This document shows positions 49,174 through 57,475 of a stretch of DNA of 64,000 nucleotides, piece after piece (the first letter of the stretch is position 1; each line of letters begins with the position of its first letter). The notes beneath the pieces were generated by a model. The model had not been told where the DNA came from and did no database searches. It saw nothing but the letters and a program-made list of their open reading frames with translations. The DNA lies in contig JAFGLO010000015.1 in the NCBI GenBank assembly GCA_016927995.1, forward strand, positions 3,847 through 67,846, in the 5' to 3' direction. This DNA comes from Candidatus Dojkabacteria bacterium. Lineage in GTDB: Bacteria > Patescibacteriota > Dojkabacteria > JAFGLO01. The position numbers and the translations under genes are program-made.

Positions 49174-49220
49174 GTAGGGACATGTCCGACAGCCGTAGGG
49201 ACATGTCCTGGACTTGTCCT
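49174..49220 (+). repeat. Two tandem GTAG-family REP-like units
   Basis: GTAGGGACATGTCC at 49174 and 49195; the second forms the hairpin GGACA-T-GTCC-T-GGAC-T-TGTCC. Confidence 0.75.
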
Positions 49221-49260
49221 TAAAGTAGTAAAACAGTACTAACTATTATATAATGAGCAC

Positions 49261-51450
49261 ATGGCAAAACGTGGACGACCGCCCAAAAATAGGGAATTAA
49301 CAATTAAAAGCGATGAAACCAGAGTCTTCTTTGCACTTATGCTTTTGGGATTGGGACTTTTACTTCTAAGTAGTTCATTTTTATCGGGTGAATTTTTTAA
49401 TCAGATTTCTAAGGCAATTGGTGATAGTACCTATGTGCTGGGAATCTTTTTTATGGCGTTGTCTCTTAGATTGTTCGGTTATAATAATTGGTTTTCGGGT
49501 ACTCAAACGCTAATCGGTTTTTTCTCGGTGTGGGCAGTGTCACTTCCGTTTCTTCACTTTCTTCTTCCTATTGATAAGGGTGCTGAACTTGCCGACGAGG
49601 GTCGAGGTGGCGGTATTTTGGGTTACGCTATTCACAAAACCTTATATAATTGGTTCGATCTCGAGGGTGAGTTTATTATTCTTGTAATTATTGGACTTAT
49701 TGCAATAAGTGTTACCACCGGAATTTCTATAAGAGTACTTCAGAAGTTGGTAGAAAAAATTTTTACCGTAGGTGGAAAATCAGTTTCCAAGGTTACCGAA
49801 ACAGTTGGTAATAGTATAACTCAAATCAAAGAATCCACGCCCGCTTTTGGTGATGATTATGTTCAAGAAGTTGGAAAATTAGGAGAGCTTTACGATAAAC
49901 AGGAAACAAGAGCTGAAATCGGCTCGAAGGTGGATACAAAAACTGAACAAACCGGCACACAGCCGAAACCTAAATCTTCGGATGATAGCAGGTTTTTGTA
50001 CCCAGATTGGGAGTATCCGCCAATTTCTTTACTTGACCCTGTTCCCCCGAAGTCAGATCCAAGTGAAAGAAATGAAGCCCAAGCCGAAGTTATCGAAAAG
50101 ACTTTACGTAGCTTTGGAATATCATCAGAAGTAGTCGACATAAATTATGGGCCCACGGTTGTTCAATATGCTTTAAAAATCTCTGTAGGAATTAAAGTTA
50201 ATAAAATTAGCAATTTAAGCAAGGACTTGGCACTTGCACTGGCTGCGCCTTCGGGACAGGTAAGAATAGAGACACCAATACCCGGAACATCTTTTATAGG
50301 AATTGAGGTTCCGCACGAAAAACCTGATATTGTATCACTTCGTGAATTAATGAGTCTTCCTGACATGAAGGAAGATAGATTTGCGCTGCCGCTCCCATTT
50401 GGAAAAAATGTTAGCGGGTTAAGTATTGTTCGTGATCTTACTAAAATGCCGCATATGTTAATTGCAGGTGCAACCGGTTCCGGAAAATCAATCTCAATAA
50501 ATGGTTTTATAATGGGACTAATAATGACCTTAAGTCCCGATCAGTTAAGGCTCATTTTGGTTGATCCCAAAACCGTTGAATTTGCTCCGTATGCAGATAT
50601 TCCTCACCTTATGGTGCCTGTTGTAACCGACGTTAATAAGGTTGTAAGTGCCTTGACTTGGGCGGTTGAGGAAATGCAATGTAGATATGCACAGTTACGT
50701 GAGGCAGGAACCAGGAATATTGCCCAGTATAATGAGAAAAAAGGTTACACGTCCATGCCGTATATAGTAGTAATTATCGATGAAATGGCCGATCTTATGT
50801 TATCAACGGGAATCGATATTGAACACAAGATTGTACGACTTGCACAGATGGCACGTGCCGTAGGTATTCACTTGTTGCTTGCCACGCAAAGACCTTCAGT
50901 AAATGTAATAACGGGGCTTATTAAAGCCAATGTTCCTGCCCGCATAGGTATGACGGTTGCTACGAGTATTGATTCCCGGGTAATATTGGATACAGTTGGT
51001 GCGGAAACTCTTCTTGGTAACGGTGATATGTTGTTTAAAGCCCCTGATGTTGCAAACGCAGTTAGAATTCAGGGAGTATACACCAAAAATCAGGAGATAG
51101 AACGTGTAGTCGAATTTCTGAAAAAACAGGGTGAACCCGTATATAACGAGGCAATTCTTGAAGCAAATACCGCCGGTTTAACAGATATTGATTCCGATGG
51201 AGGTTCCCCCGAAACCTGGGTAAATGATTCCGTGTTTCTTGATGCAATAAAGGTTGTGGCTTCTGCTCAGCAAGGATCTGCCTCATATATCCAACGTAAG
51301 CTACGTATTGGATATAACCGTGCTGCTCGATACATCGACCAGATGGAAGAAGTCGGTGTAGTCGGTCCACGTGACGGAAGTAAGCCCCGTGAGGTTTTGA
51401 TTACTAATGCAGATGAATTCATTGAGAGGCTTAAACATGGACCAGGTTGA
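49261..51450 (+). CDS. ftsK: DNA translocase FtsK/SpoIIIE
   Basis: N-terminal TMs; PHMLIAGATGSGKS, IIDEMADLM, ATQRPS, gamma domain QRKLRIGYNRAAR. Confidence 0.97.
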   Translation: MAKRGRPPKNRELTIKSDETRVFFALMLLGLGLLLLSSSFLSGEFFNQISKAIGDSTYVLGIFFMALSLRLFGYNNWFSGTQTLIGFFSVWAVSLPFLHFLLPIDKGAELADEGRGGGILGYAIHKTLYNWFDLEGEFIILVIIGLIAISVTTGISIRVLQKLVEKIFTVGGKSVSKVTETVGNSITQIKESTPAFGDDYVQEVGKLGELYDKQETRAEIGSKVDTKTEQTGTQPKPKSSDDSRFLYPDWEYPPISLLDPVPPKSDPSERNEAQAEVIEKTLRSFGISSEVVDINYGPTVVQYALKISVGIKVNKISNLSKDLALALAAPSGQVRIETPIPGTSFIGIEVPHEKPDIVSLRELMSLPDMKEDRFALPLPFGKNVSGLSIVRDLTKMPHMLIAGATGSGKSISINGFIMGLIMTLSPDQLRLILVDPKTVEFAPYADIPHLMVPVVTDVNKVVSALTWAVEEMQCRYAQLREAGTRNIAQYNEKKGYTSMPYIVVIIDEMADLMLSTGIDIEHKIVRLAQMARAVGIHLLLATQRPSVNVITGLIKANVPARIGMTVATSIDSRVILDTVGAETLLGNGDMLFKAPDVANAVRIQGVYTKNQEIERVVEFLKKQGEPVYNEAILEANTAGLTDIDSDGGSPETWVNDSVFLDAIKVVASAQQGSASYIQRKLRIGYNRAARYIDQMEEVGVVGPRDGSKPREVLITNADEFIERLKHGPG

Positions 51451-52411
51451 TTTCGGATTGATAACCCCGGGAAAACTTCTTAGGGATGCACGAATAGCCA
51501 AGGGTATTTCTGTAGATGAGGTTGCAAATGCAATCAAAGTTAGAAAGGACTATGTAATTGCCCTGGAAGCCAATAAATTTGATACTTTTGACTCTCCCGT
51601 TTATGCAAAGGGATTTCTAAAATTATACTCCAGCTATCTTTCTGTACCGACCGAGAAAGTTATTGCACTATATCGACGATTTACAGACGAAGACGTTGCA
51701 ACGGAAATAAAACCTAAGCCCGATGGGATTCCACTGCCCAAAATAGTTATTACACCATCAACAATTGCCGTTTTGGCAGTTGTTTTGGTAATTGGATTTA
51801 TCATTACCTACTTGGTAATCCAGTTTGCCACGTTTCAAAAGCCTCCCAAACTTGAACTTGTATGGCCTGCCAGTGAGCGAACCGAGGTAAATTCAGAAGT
51901 TGTAACGATAACCGGCTATACGGTGTTATCGGCAAATGTTTACGTAAATGATGAAAGTGTTACTGTCTCAAATGATGGCTATTTTTCGGCTACTGTAAAA
52001 CTTAACCGGGGTGATAATCAAATCGTCATAAAGGCCACAAACGATGATAATATTGGCAAGAGTAATACACTTTCTGTGTACATAAGATACATACCCGTTG
52101 AATCACAAGATGTGAACGAAACTGATGTGACCGAAGAAATCATTCCCGATTCATTTCAAGCCAAATTGCAAATTGATGGAGGTGACGCATGGATTGTATT
52201 TTCGGTTGACGGAGAAAATAAATATACTCAAACACTTCAGTCGGGTTTCGACGAAAGCTTTACGGTATTCCAGAATCTTTCAATTACTTCGGGTCGTGGA
52301 CAGTTTACCAAGCTGTATATAAATGGTGAACTAACTCCACTTACCCAGAATAACCAAGGTATTGTAGGGTTGGGGTGTAGGCTTGTGAGTGGCGAAGTCG
52401 TTTGCAATTAG
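51437..52411 (+). CDS. rodZ: RodZ-like HTH membrane protein with Ig-like and DUF4115-like domains
   Basis: GKLLRDARIAKG, YVIALE, VYAKGFLKLYSSYL, TM, C-terminal beta domain. Confidence 0.8.
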   Translation: MDQVDFGLITPGKLLRDARIAKGISVDEVANAIKVRKDYVIALEANKFDTFDSPVYAKGFLKLYSSYLSVPTEKVIALYRRFTDEDVATEIKPKPDGIPLPKIVITPSTIAVLAVVLVIGFIITYLVIQFATFQKPPKLELVWPASERTEVNSEVVTITGYTVLSANVYVNDESVTVSNDGYFSATVKLNRGDNQIVIKATNDDNIGKSNTLSVYIRYIPVESQDVNETDVTEEIIPDSFQAKLQIDGGDAWIVFSVDGENKYTQTLQSGFDESFTVFQNLSITSGRGQFTKLYINGELTPLTQNNQGIVGLGCRLVSGEVVCN

Positions 52412-52423
52412 CCATTTTAGCCA

Positions 52424-53095
52424 TTAGTGCCTTGGATTTAATGCAGAAGCAAAACACATTCCGACTATATTTTTCCCGTGTATCGGCTTTGCTGCTTCCA
52501 TCATTGTTGCACCCGTTGTGATTACGTCATCAAAGAGAATAATATTTTGCGGGAGTTTTCTGTCGAAGGAAATCAAATCGAATGCAGCTTTTACGTTTTT
52601 TTCTCGTTGTGACGATTTTTGTCTTGCCTGGGGATTTGTATGTCTAATCCGCTTTAGAATTTTAATTAGTGGGATTTTAAGGCGAATGGATATAGCCTTT
52701 GCCAACAGTTCCGACTGATTATATCCACGCCAGTTTTGGCGTTTCTTTGCCAAGGGGACGGCTGTTATACAAGAATTTTTGGGGAGCCTGAAGTATGATA
52801 ACCTTTGAATAATTAGCTCGACTATAAAGTTTGTGAGTCTATAGCCGCCTTTGTATTTGAACGCACTTAGGATTTTGGCAGTACACCGGTTGTATCTATA
52901 GGGCGTAATAATTTGTGAGATATTTGTTTGAGTTTGACACTGCTTATGGGTGAACCCGCTAAAGCTTCCTCTTTTACAAACAATACAAAGTTGCGAGAAA
53001 TCCGATAGCATGGAAGTACATGCCTTACAAAGATAGGGTCCGGGAATTCCACAGTTTAAGCAAAATGTAGGAAATAAATATGAAAGCAAGTCCAT
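52424..53095 (-). CDS. comF: ComF family competence phosphoribosyltransferase-like protein
   Basis: N-terminal CxxC pairs, RGYNQSELLA, ILFDDVITTGAT; start moved to ATG 53095. Confidence 0.9.
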   Translation of the reverse strand: MDLLSYLFPTFCLNCGIPGPYLCKACTSMLSDFSQLCIVCKRGSFSGFTHKQCQTQTNISQIITPYRYNRCTAKILSAFKYKGGYRLTNFIVELIIQRLSYFRLPKNSCITAVPLAKKRQNWRGYNQSELLAKAISIRLKIPLIKILKRIRHTNPQARQKSSQREKNVKAAFDLISFDRKLPQNIILFDDVITTGATMMEAAKPIHGKNIVGMCFASALNPRH

Positions 53096-53201
53096 AAAAT
53101 ATTTTAATAAAACTCTCAAACAACTGCTAGAACTAAATCTGGCAAAATGCAAGAATGCTGACAGATTATTTTAGGAAAGTGATCCGAAAGTGCCTGTTTA
53201 C

Positions 53202-53522
53202 CTAAAGATGCTGATCCACGATTTTTTTAATCTCTGCTTTGGGTCTTGCTCCTACAATTGTCTCCACAACCTTACCGTCTTTAAAAAGAATAAGTGCAGG
53301 AATGCTCATAATGTTGAACTTTGCAGCCGAAGTTCTATTCTCATCAACATTAAGCTTGCCAATGGTTACCTTTTCTGCATAATCTGTTGAAAGCCCTTCG
53401 ATAATGGGGGTCATCATTAGGCAGGGTCCGCACCAAGTTGCCCAAAAATCTACAAGTACTAGCCCCTGTGATTTTTCGACGTCGGTTTCGAAATTAGCAT
53501 CGTTAAATTGGACTACTGTCAT
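53202..53522 (-). CDS. trxA: Thioredoxin
   Basis: VDFWATWCGPC. Confidence 0.97.
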   Translation of the reverse strand: MTVVQFNDANFETDVEKSQGLVLVDFWATWCGPCLMMTPIIEGLSTDYAEKVTIGKLNVDENRTSAAKFNIMSIPALILFKDGKVVETIVGARPKAEIKKIVDQHL

Positions 53523-53670
53523 TTTTCTATAGACTAAATTAGCTATCAGAATATTAATACCCTTTTAAGGTAAGGTCAATTGGTGGCGAGTTAACGTGAC
53601 TTGGATATAGGTGATGTTTTATATAATCAAATAATGTATAATTTACCAAGATTATTTAAGGATTTTTCGA

Positions 53671-54507
53671 ATGATGCTTCTTGATGGAAAAGCTCTTTCA
53701 AAAAAAATAACTCAGGATCTAAAAATCAAGACTGAAAATATTGATCCAAAGCCCAAAATGGCCGTTATTCTTGTAGGTGATGATTATGCCAGTAAGCTTT
53801 ATGTAAAAATGAAAAAGAGACGAGCCGAAAAGATTGGAATGATCTGTGACGTTATAAGGTATGACGATATAACAACGGCCGAGTTAATATCCAAAATAAA
53901 TCTTTTAAATAAAGACGATACAGTTGATGGAATTATGCTTCAATTACCACTTCCCGAAGGGTTTGATAAAGAAAAAATTTTAAACAGCATAGACTATACA
54001 AAGGATATCGATGGATTAACTGCCACATCACTCGGGCTTGTTGCTCAAGGCAAACCGTATTTTGTTCCTGCAACATCGCTTGCAGTAATCAGGCTTCTTG
54101 ATGAGTATAAAGTTGATATTGTCGGAAAGGATGTTGTAATAATAGGTGCAAGTAGCTTAATAGGTATTCCGCTTGGACTTTTGCTTAGATATAGAGGTGG
54201 TACGGTAACACTTTGTCATTCACGTACACAAGGACTAGACGAAGTGGCTCGTACTGCCGACATATTAATCTCTGCCACGGGTAAACCACATTTGGTGAAC
54301 AGTGAATTCGTAAAGAAGGGCGCAGTAGTAATTGATGTCGGTATTGAACAGGACCCTGAGACTGGAGCAATTGTGGGAGATGTCGATACCGGTTCAATAA
54401 AAGACATTGCCAGTGCCGTTTCGCCTGTTCCTGGAGGAGTTGGTCCGCTTACTATAGCAATGCTTCTTAGTAATTTAATGGACGCAGTAACTCAAGATCC
54501 ATTATAA
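53671..54507 (+). CDS. folD: Methylenetetrahydrofolate dehydrogenase/cyclohydrolase
   Basis: GIMLQLPLP, KDIDG, VIDVGI, PVPGGVGPLT. Confidence 0.96.
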   Translation: MMLLDGKALSKKITQDLKIKTENIDPKPKMAVILVGDDYASKLYVKMKKRRAEKIGMICDVIRYDDITTAELISKINLLNKDDTVDGIMLQLPLPEGFDKEKILNSIDYTKDIDGLTATSLGLVAQGKPYFVPATSLAVIRLLDEYKVDIVGKDVVIIGASSLIGIPLGLLLRYRGGTVTLCHSRTQGLDEVARTADILISATGKPHLVNSEFVKKGAVVIDVGIEQDPETGAIVGDVDTGSIKDIASAVSPVPGGVGPLTIAMLLSNLMDAVTQDPL

Positions 54508-54551
54508 CTCAACTTATAAAACAAAATAGAATCAATTAATGTATTAATAAA

Positions 54552-55838
54552 ATGAATGAGCCAATTGGTAAAGTCGATCCGGTAGTTGCCAAGCTTATTG
54601 AGTCCGAATCCAAGCGTCAAGAGGAAGGGCTTGAACTTATTCCTTCCGAAAATTATGTTTCGAGAGCAGTACTTTCCGCACTTGGATCAGTGTTTACTAA
54701 TAAATACTCCGAAGGATATCCTAAGCGTAGGTATTATGGCGGACAAAAATATACCGACCTTCTTGAAACAGAAGTAATAAACCGAGCCAAGACTTTATTT
54801 CACTGTGATCATGCAAACGTTCAACCTTTGTCCGGTGCTCCCGCAAACACTGCGGCTTATTTTGCGTGGTGTAATCCTGGTGACACAATAATGGCAATGG
54901 ATCTTACACATGGTGGACATTTAACGCACGGACATCCCGTTACCCACTTATCAAGATTGTTCAAATTCGTTAGATATAAAATAAAAGATATTGAAACCGG
55001 CGAAATTGATTATGATCACCTAAGGGATACAGCGCTTATGGAGCGGCCCAAAATTATTCTTGCCGGGTACACCTCGTACCCACGAAACTATAATTATAAA
55101 ATAATGGCCGATATCGCAAACGAGGTTGGGGCTGTTGCAATGGCTGATATTGCTCACATTGCCGGGCTTATTGCAGCGGGTGTAATTGACAATCCATTCG
55201 ATTTTGGGTTTCACATGGTTACGACTACAACGCATAAAACTTTACGTGGACCTCGTGCCGGCTTGATTCTTACTAGGGGAAAGGTTGGTAATCCACTTGC
55301 CAAAGTTAAACGGACAATTGAAAATTTGCCAACACTTGTTGACAGATCAGTTTTTCCGGGGCTTCAGGGTGGGCCGCATATGAATGCTATTGCGGCAATC
55401 GGTGTTGCACTGAAAGAAGCGTCAACAAAAGACTTCAAGGTGTACGCAGAACAGGTGATTAAAAATGCAAAGGTCCTGTCAACCGAACTTATGTCACTTG
55501 GATGTAAACTTGTTACAAACGGAACCGATAATCACTTAATGGTAATTGATTGCGTGAAATCTTTTGAAGTAGATGGCAAAATCGTCGAGGATGTACTTTC
55601 CAAAGTTGGTTTAAACCTTAACAAAAACGTTGTTCCGGATGATCCTTTACCTCCATATAAGCCAAGCGGAGTCAGACTTGGCACTCCGGCAATGACAACT
55701 CGCGGACTTAAAGAATTCGAAATGAAAGAAGTTGCAGAATTAATTGTAGAGTCAATAAATTCACGCAAGAACGAGACAAAGCTTAAGGCAATAAAAGAGG
55801 AGGTGACTGCACTTTGTAAAAGGTTTCCTGTATACTAG
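54552..55838 (+). CDS. glyA: Serine hydroxymethyltransferase
   Basis: LIPSENY, NKYSEGYP, GGHLTHG, TTTHKTLRGPR. Confidence 0.98.
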   Translation: MNEPIGKVDPVVAKLIESESKRQEEGLELIPSENYVSRAVLSALGSVFTNKYSEGYPKRRYYGGQKYTDLLETEVINRAKTLFHCDHANVQPLSGAPANTAAYFAWCNPGDTIMAMDLTHGGHLTHGHPVTHLSRLFKFVRYKIKDIETGEIDYDHLRDTALMERPKIILAGYTSYPRNYNYKIMADIANEVGAVAMADIAHIAGLIAAGVIDNPFDFGFHMVTTTTHKTLRGPRAGLILTRGKVGNPLAKVKRTIENLPTLVDRSVFPGLQGGPHMNAIAAIGVALKEASTKDFKVYAEQVIKNAKVLSTELMSLGCKLVTNGTDNHLMVIDCVKSFEVDGKIVEDVLSKVGLNLNKNVVPDDPLPPYKPSGVRLGTPAMTTRGLKEFEMKEVAELIVESINSRKNETKLKAIKEEVTALCKRFPVY

Positions 55839-55909
55839 AAAAGACTATTGTGTTACGGAATTCATGTGCTATAATAACAATAGCTGTAACTGAATTTAAA
55901 TAAATAAAA

Positions 55910-56242
55910 ATGCTTGATATCGATAAAATAATAATGCAAGCTGCGCCTGGTACATCTTCCGCATCGGGGGTATCAACTCCCTCGGGTGTTCCACAAACAC
56001 TTGCCGAGCTTGTTCAACGTGCATTGACTCCCATTTTTGCAGTTGCGGGGGTTGTACTTTTGGGGCTTTTTATTTACGGTGGATATACCTGGCTTATGAG
56101 TGCAGGTGATCCAGGTAAACTTAAAGAAGCTCAGGGAATTATTGTTAACGCTATTATCGGTATTGCAATTGTAATGAGTGCGGCACTTTTAACTAGAGTT
56201 GTGGGGCATCTTTTGGGTTATGAAGGTATGGGTATATTTTAA
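55910..56242 (+). CDS. TrbC/VirB2-like pilin family protein
   Basis: IYGGYTWLMSAGDPGKLKEAQGIIVNAIIG; upstream TGcTATAAT. Confidence 0.8.
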   Translation: MLDIDKIIMQAAPGTSSASGVSTPSGVPQTLAELVQRALTPIFAVAGVVLLGLFIYGGYTWLMSAGDPGKLKEAQGIIVNAIIGIAIVMSAALLTRVVGHLLGYEGMGIF

Positions 56243-56251
56243 GTTTATTTA

Positions 56252-56587
56252 ATGCTTCTTGTAATGGATAATTTATCAAAGGTTATCAGTACAATAGGGA
56301 AAATTACTGTTGACCAAGGAATTACGGATCCCAACGAATTTGTTAGAAAAGCAATAACAATCGCTGTTTCCGTAGCAGGTATAGTAGCTTTGGTTTACGT
56401 GGTTTTAGGTGGGTATAAATTTTTGATTTCTTCGGGTGATTCAAATAAATACCAGGAGGCTATTCAAACAATAATGTATGCTGTAGTTGGGCTTGTTGTT
56501 GTTGCAATGAGTGGGCTTGTTATAAATTATGTCGGAAAAGTTTTAGGCTTAAAGAATCTCTTTGATTTAAGCTCTCTTCTAAACTAA
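56252..56587 (+). CDS. TrbC/VirB2-like pilin family protein
   Basis: GGYKFLISSGDSNKYQEAIQTIMYAVVGL. Confidence 0.8.
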   Translation: MLLVMDNLSKVISTIGKITVDQGITDPNEFVRKAITIAVSVAGIVALVYVVLGGYKFLISSGDSNKYQEAIQTIMYAVVGLVVVAMSGLVINYVGKVLGLKNLFDLSSLLN

Positions 56588-56650
56588 CTCTAGAAAACAT
56601 AGAGTATTCATGATACAATACAGACTGATTTTAAATTCTTGTTATGTTTA

Positions 56651-56926
56651 ATGGCAAACTTATACGCAGCAAAAAGAGCAATTCGCACAATTAAAAGACG
56701 ATCCCGTCGGAATCAGGTTTGGAGAAATAAAATAACGTCAGTTGTTAAGGGATTTAAGAAATCCGGCAAAGTAAACGGGGAAGATTTAAAAACTGCATAC
56801 AAGACCCTTGATAAGGCTGCAAAAAATAACGTTATCCATAAGAATAAAGCAGCAAGGTTAAAATCAAGACTTGCAAAGGCTTCTGCCGATGTTAAGTCAA
56901 AGCCTAGTAAATCCAATAAAGCATAA
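56651..56926 (+). CDS. rpsT: 30S ribosomal protein S20
   Basis: MANLYAAKRAIR, LDKAAKNNVIHKNKAARLKSRL. Confidence 0.95.
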   Translation: MANLYAAKRAIRTIKRRSRRNQVWRNKITSVVKGFKKSGKVNGEDLKTAYKTLDKAAKNNVIHKNKAARLKSRLAKASADVKSKPSKSNKA

Positions 56927-56946
56927 GTTTTAATTAAGTATACATT

Positions 56947-57414
56947 TTGGATCCTACGGTTACTCCCACAGTTGTTCCTGTTTCAGAAATCGGACAGGTA
57001 TCCTCAGTTCGTCCCGTTGAATTCGTTGATCTCGACCAACAGTTCAAACCAGAAGGTCCTGTAGTGTTTGACCAAGAAGCTCCACAGGCCAAAGCTATTA
57101 AAGCAGAACTTGATCAGCTTAAACAACCATCTCCGGATATAGTGGAACCAATTAAGGACAATCGCCAAACGGATCAAGGAGTTCAGGCAATGGCCCAGAC
57201 GGATCCAAACACACCGGCAGGAGCTCAACCGGTTGTTAGTCCGGCCCAACAAATCTTTGAAGCTGCAATAAAAAATGCTCCTGGGTATCAGTTGTCAGAT
57301 AATGTCATAAGCGCTGCCGATAGGTTCGCACAAGGTCCGGCTCAAGAGGCTGCAACAGCGGCGGGTCTTAAGGCAGGGTCAATTTGGCTTCGCACCCTCA
57401 AGCTTGCCGCCTAA
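56947..57414 (+). CDS. Hypothetical P/Q/A-rich protein upstream of the VirD4-like gene
   Basis: 155-aa ORF with TTG start filling the intergenic space. Confidence 0.6.
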   Translation: MDPTVTPTVVPVSEIGQVSSVRPVEFVDLDQQFKPEGPVVFDQEAPQAKAIKAELDQLKQPSPDIVEPIKDNRQTDQGVQAMAQTDPNTPAGAQPVVSPAQQIFEAAIKNAPGYQLSDNVISAADRFAQGPAQEAATAAGLKAGSIWLRTLKLAA

Positions 57415-57421
57415 GTCCCAT

Positions 57422-57450
57422 TTGCCAGTCATTTCCCTTTAGTATAAAAT
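57422..57450 (+). promoter_or_regulatory. Sigma70 promoter of the VirD4-like gene
   Basis: TTGCCA, 17 bp, TAAAAT. Confidence 0.6.
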
Positions 57451-57475
57451 CAATCATTAGTTTAATACTCTGCCC

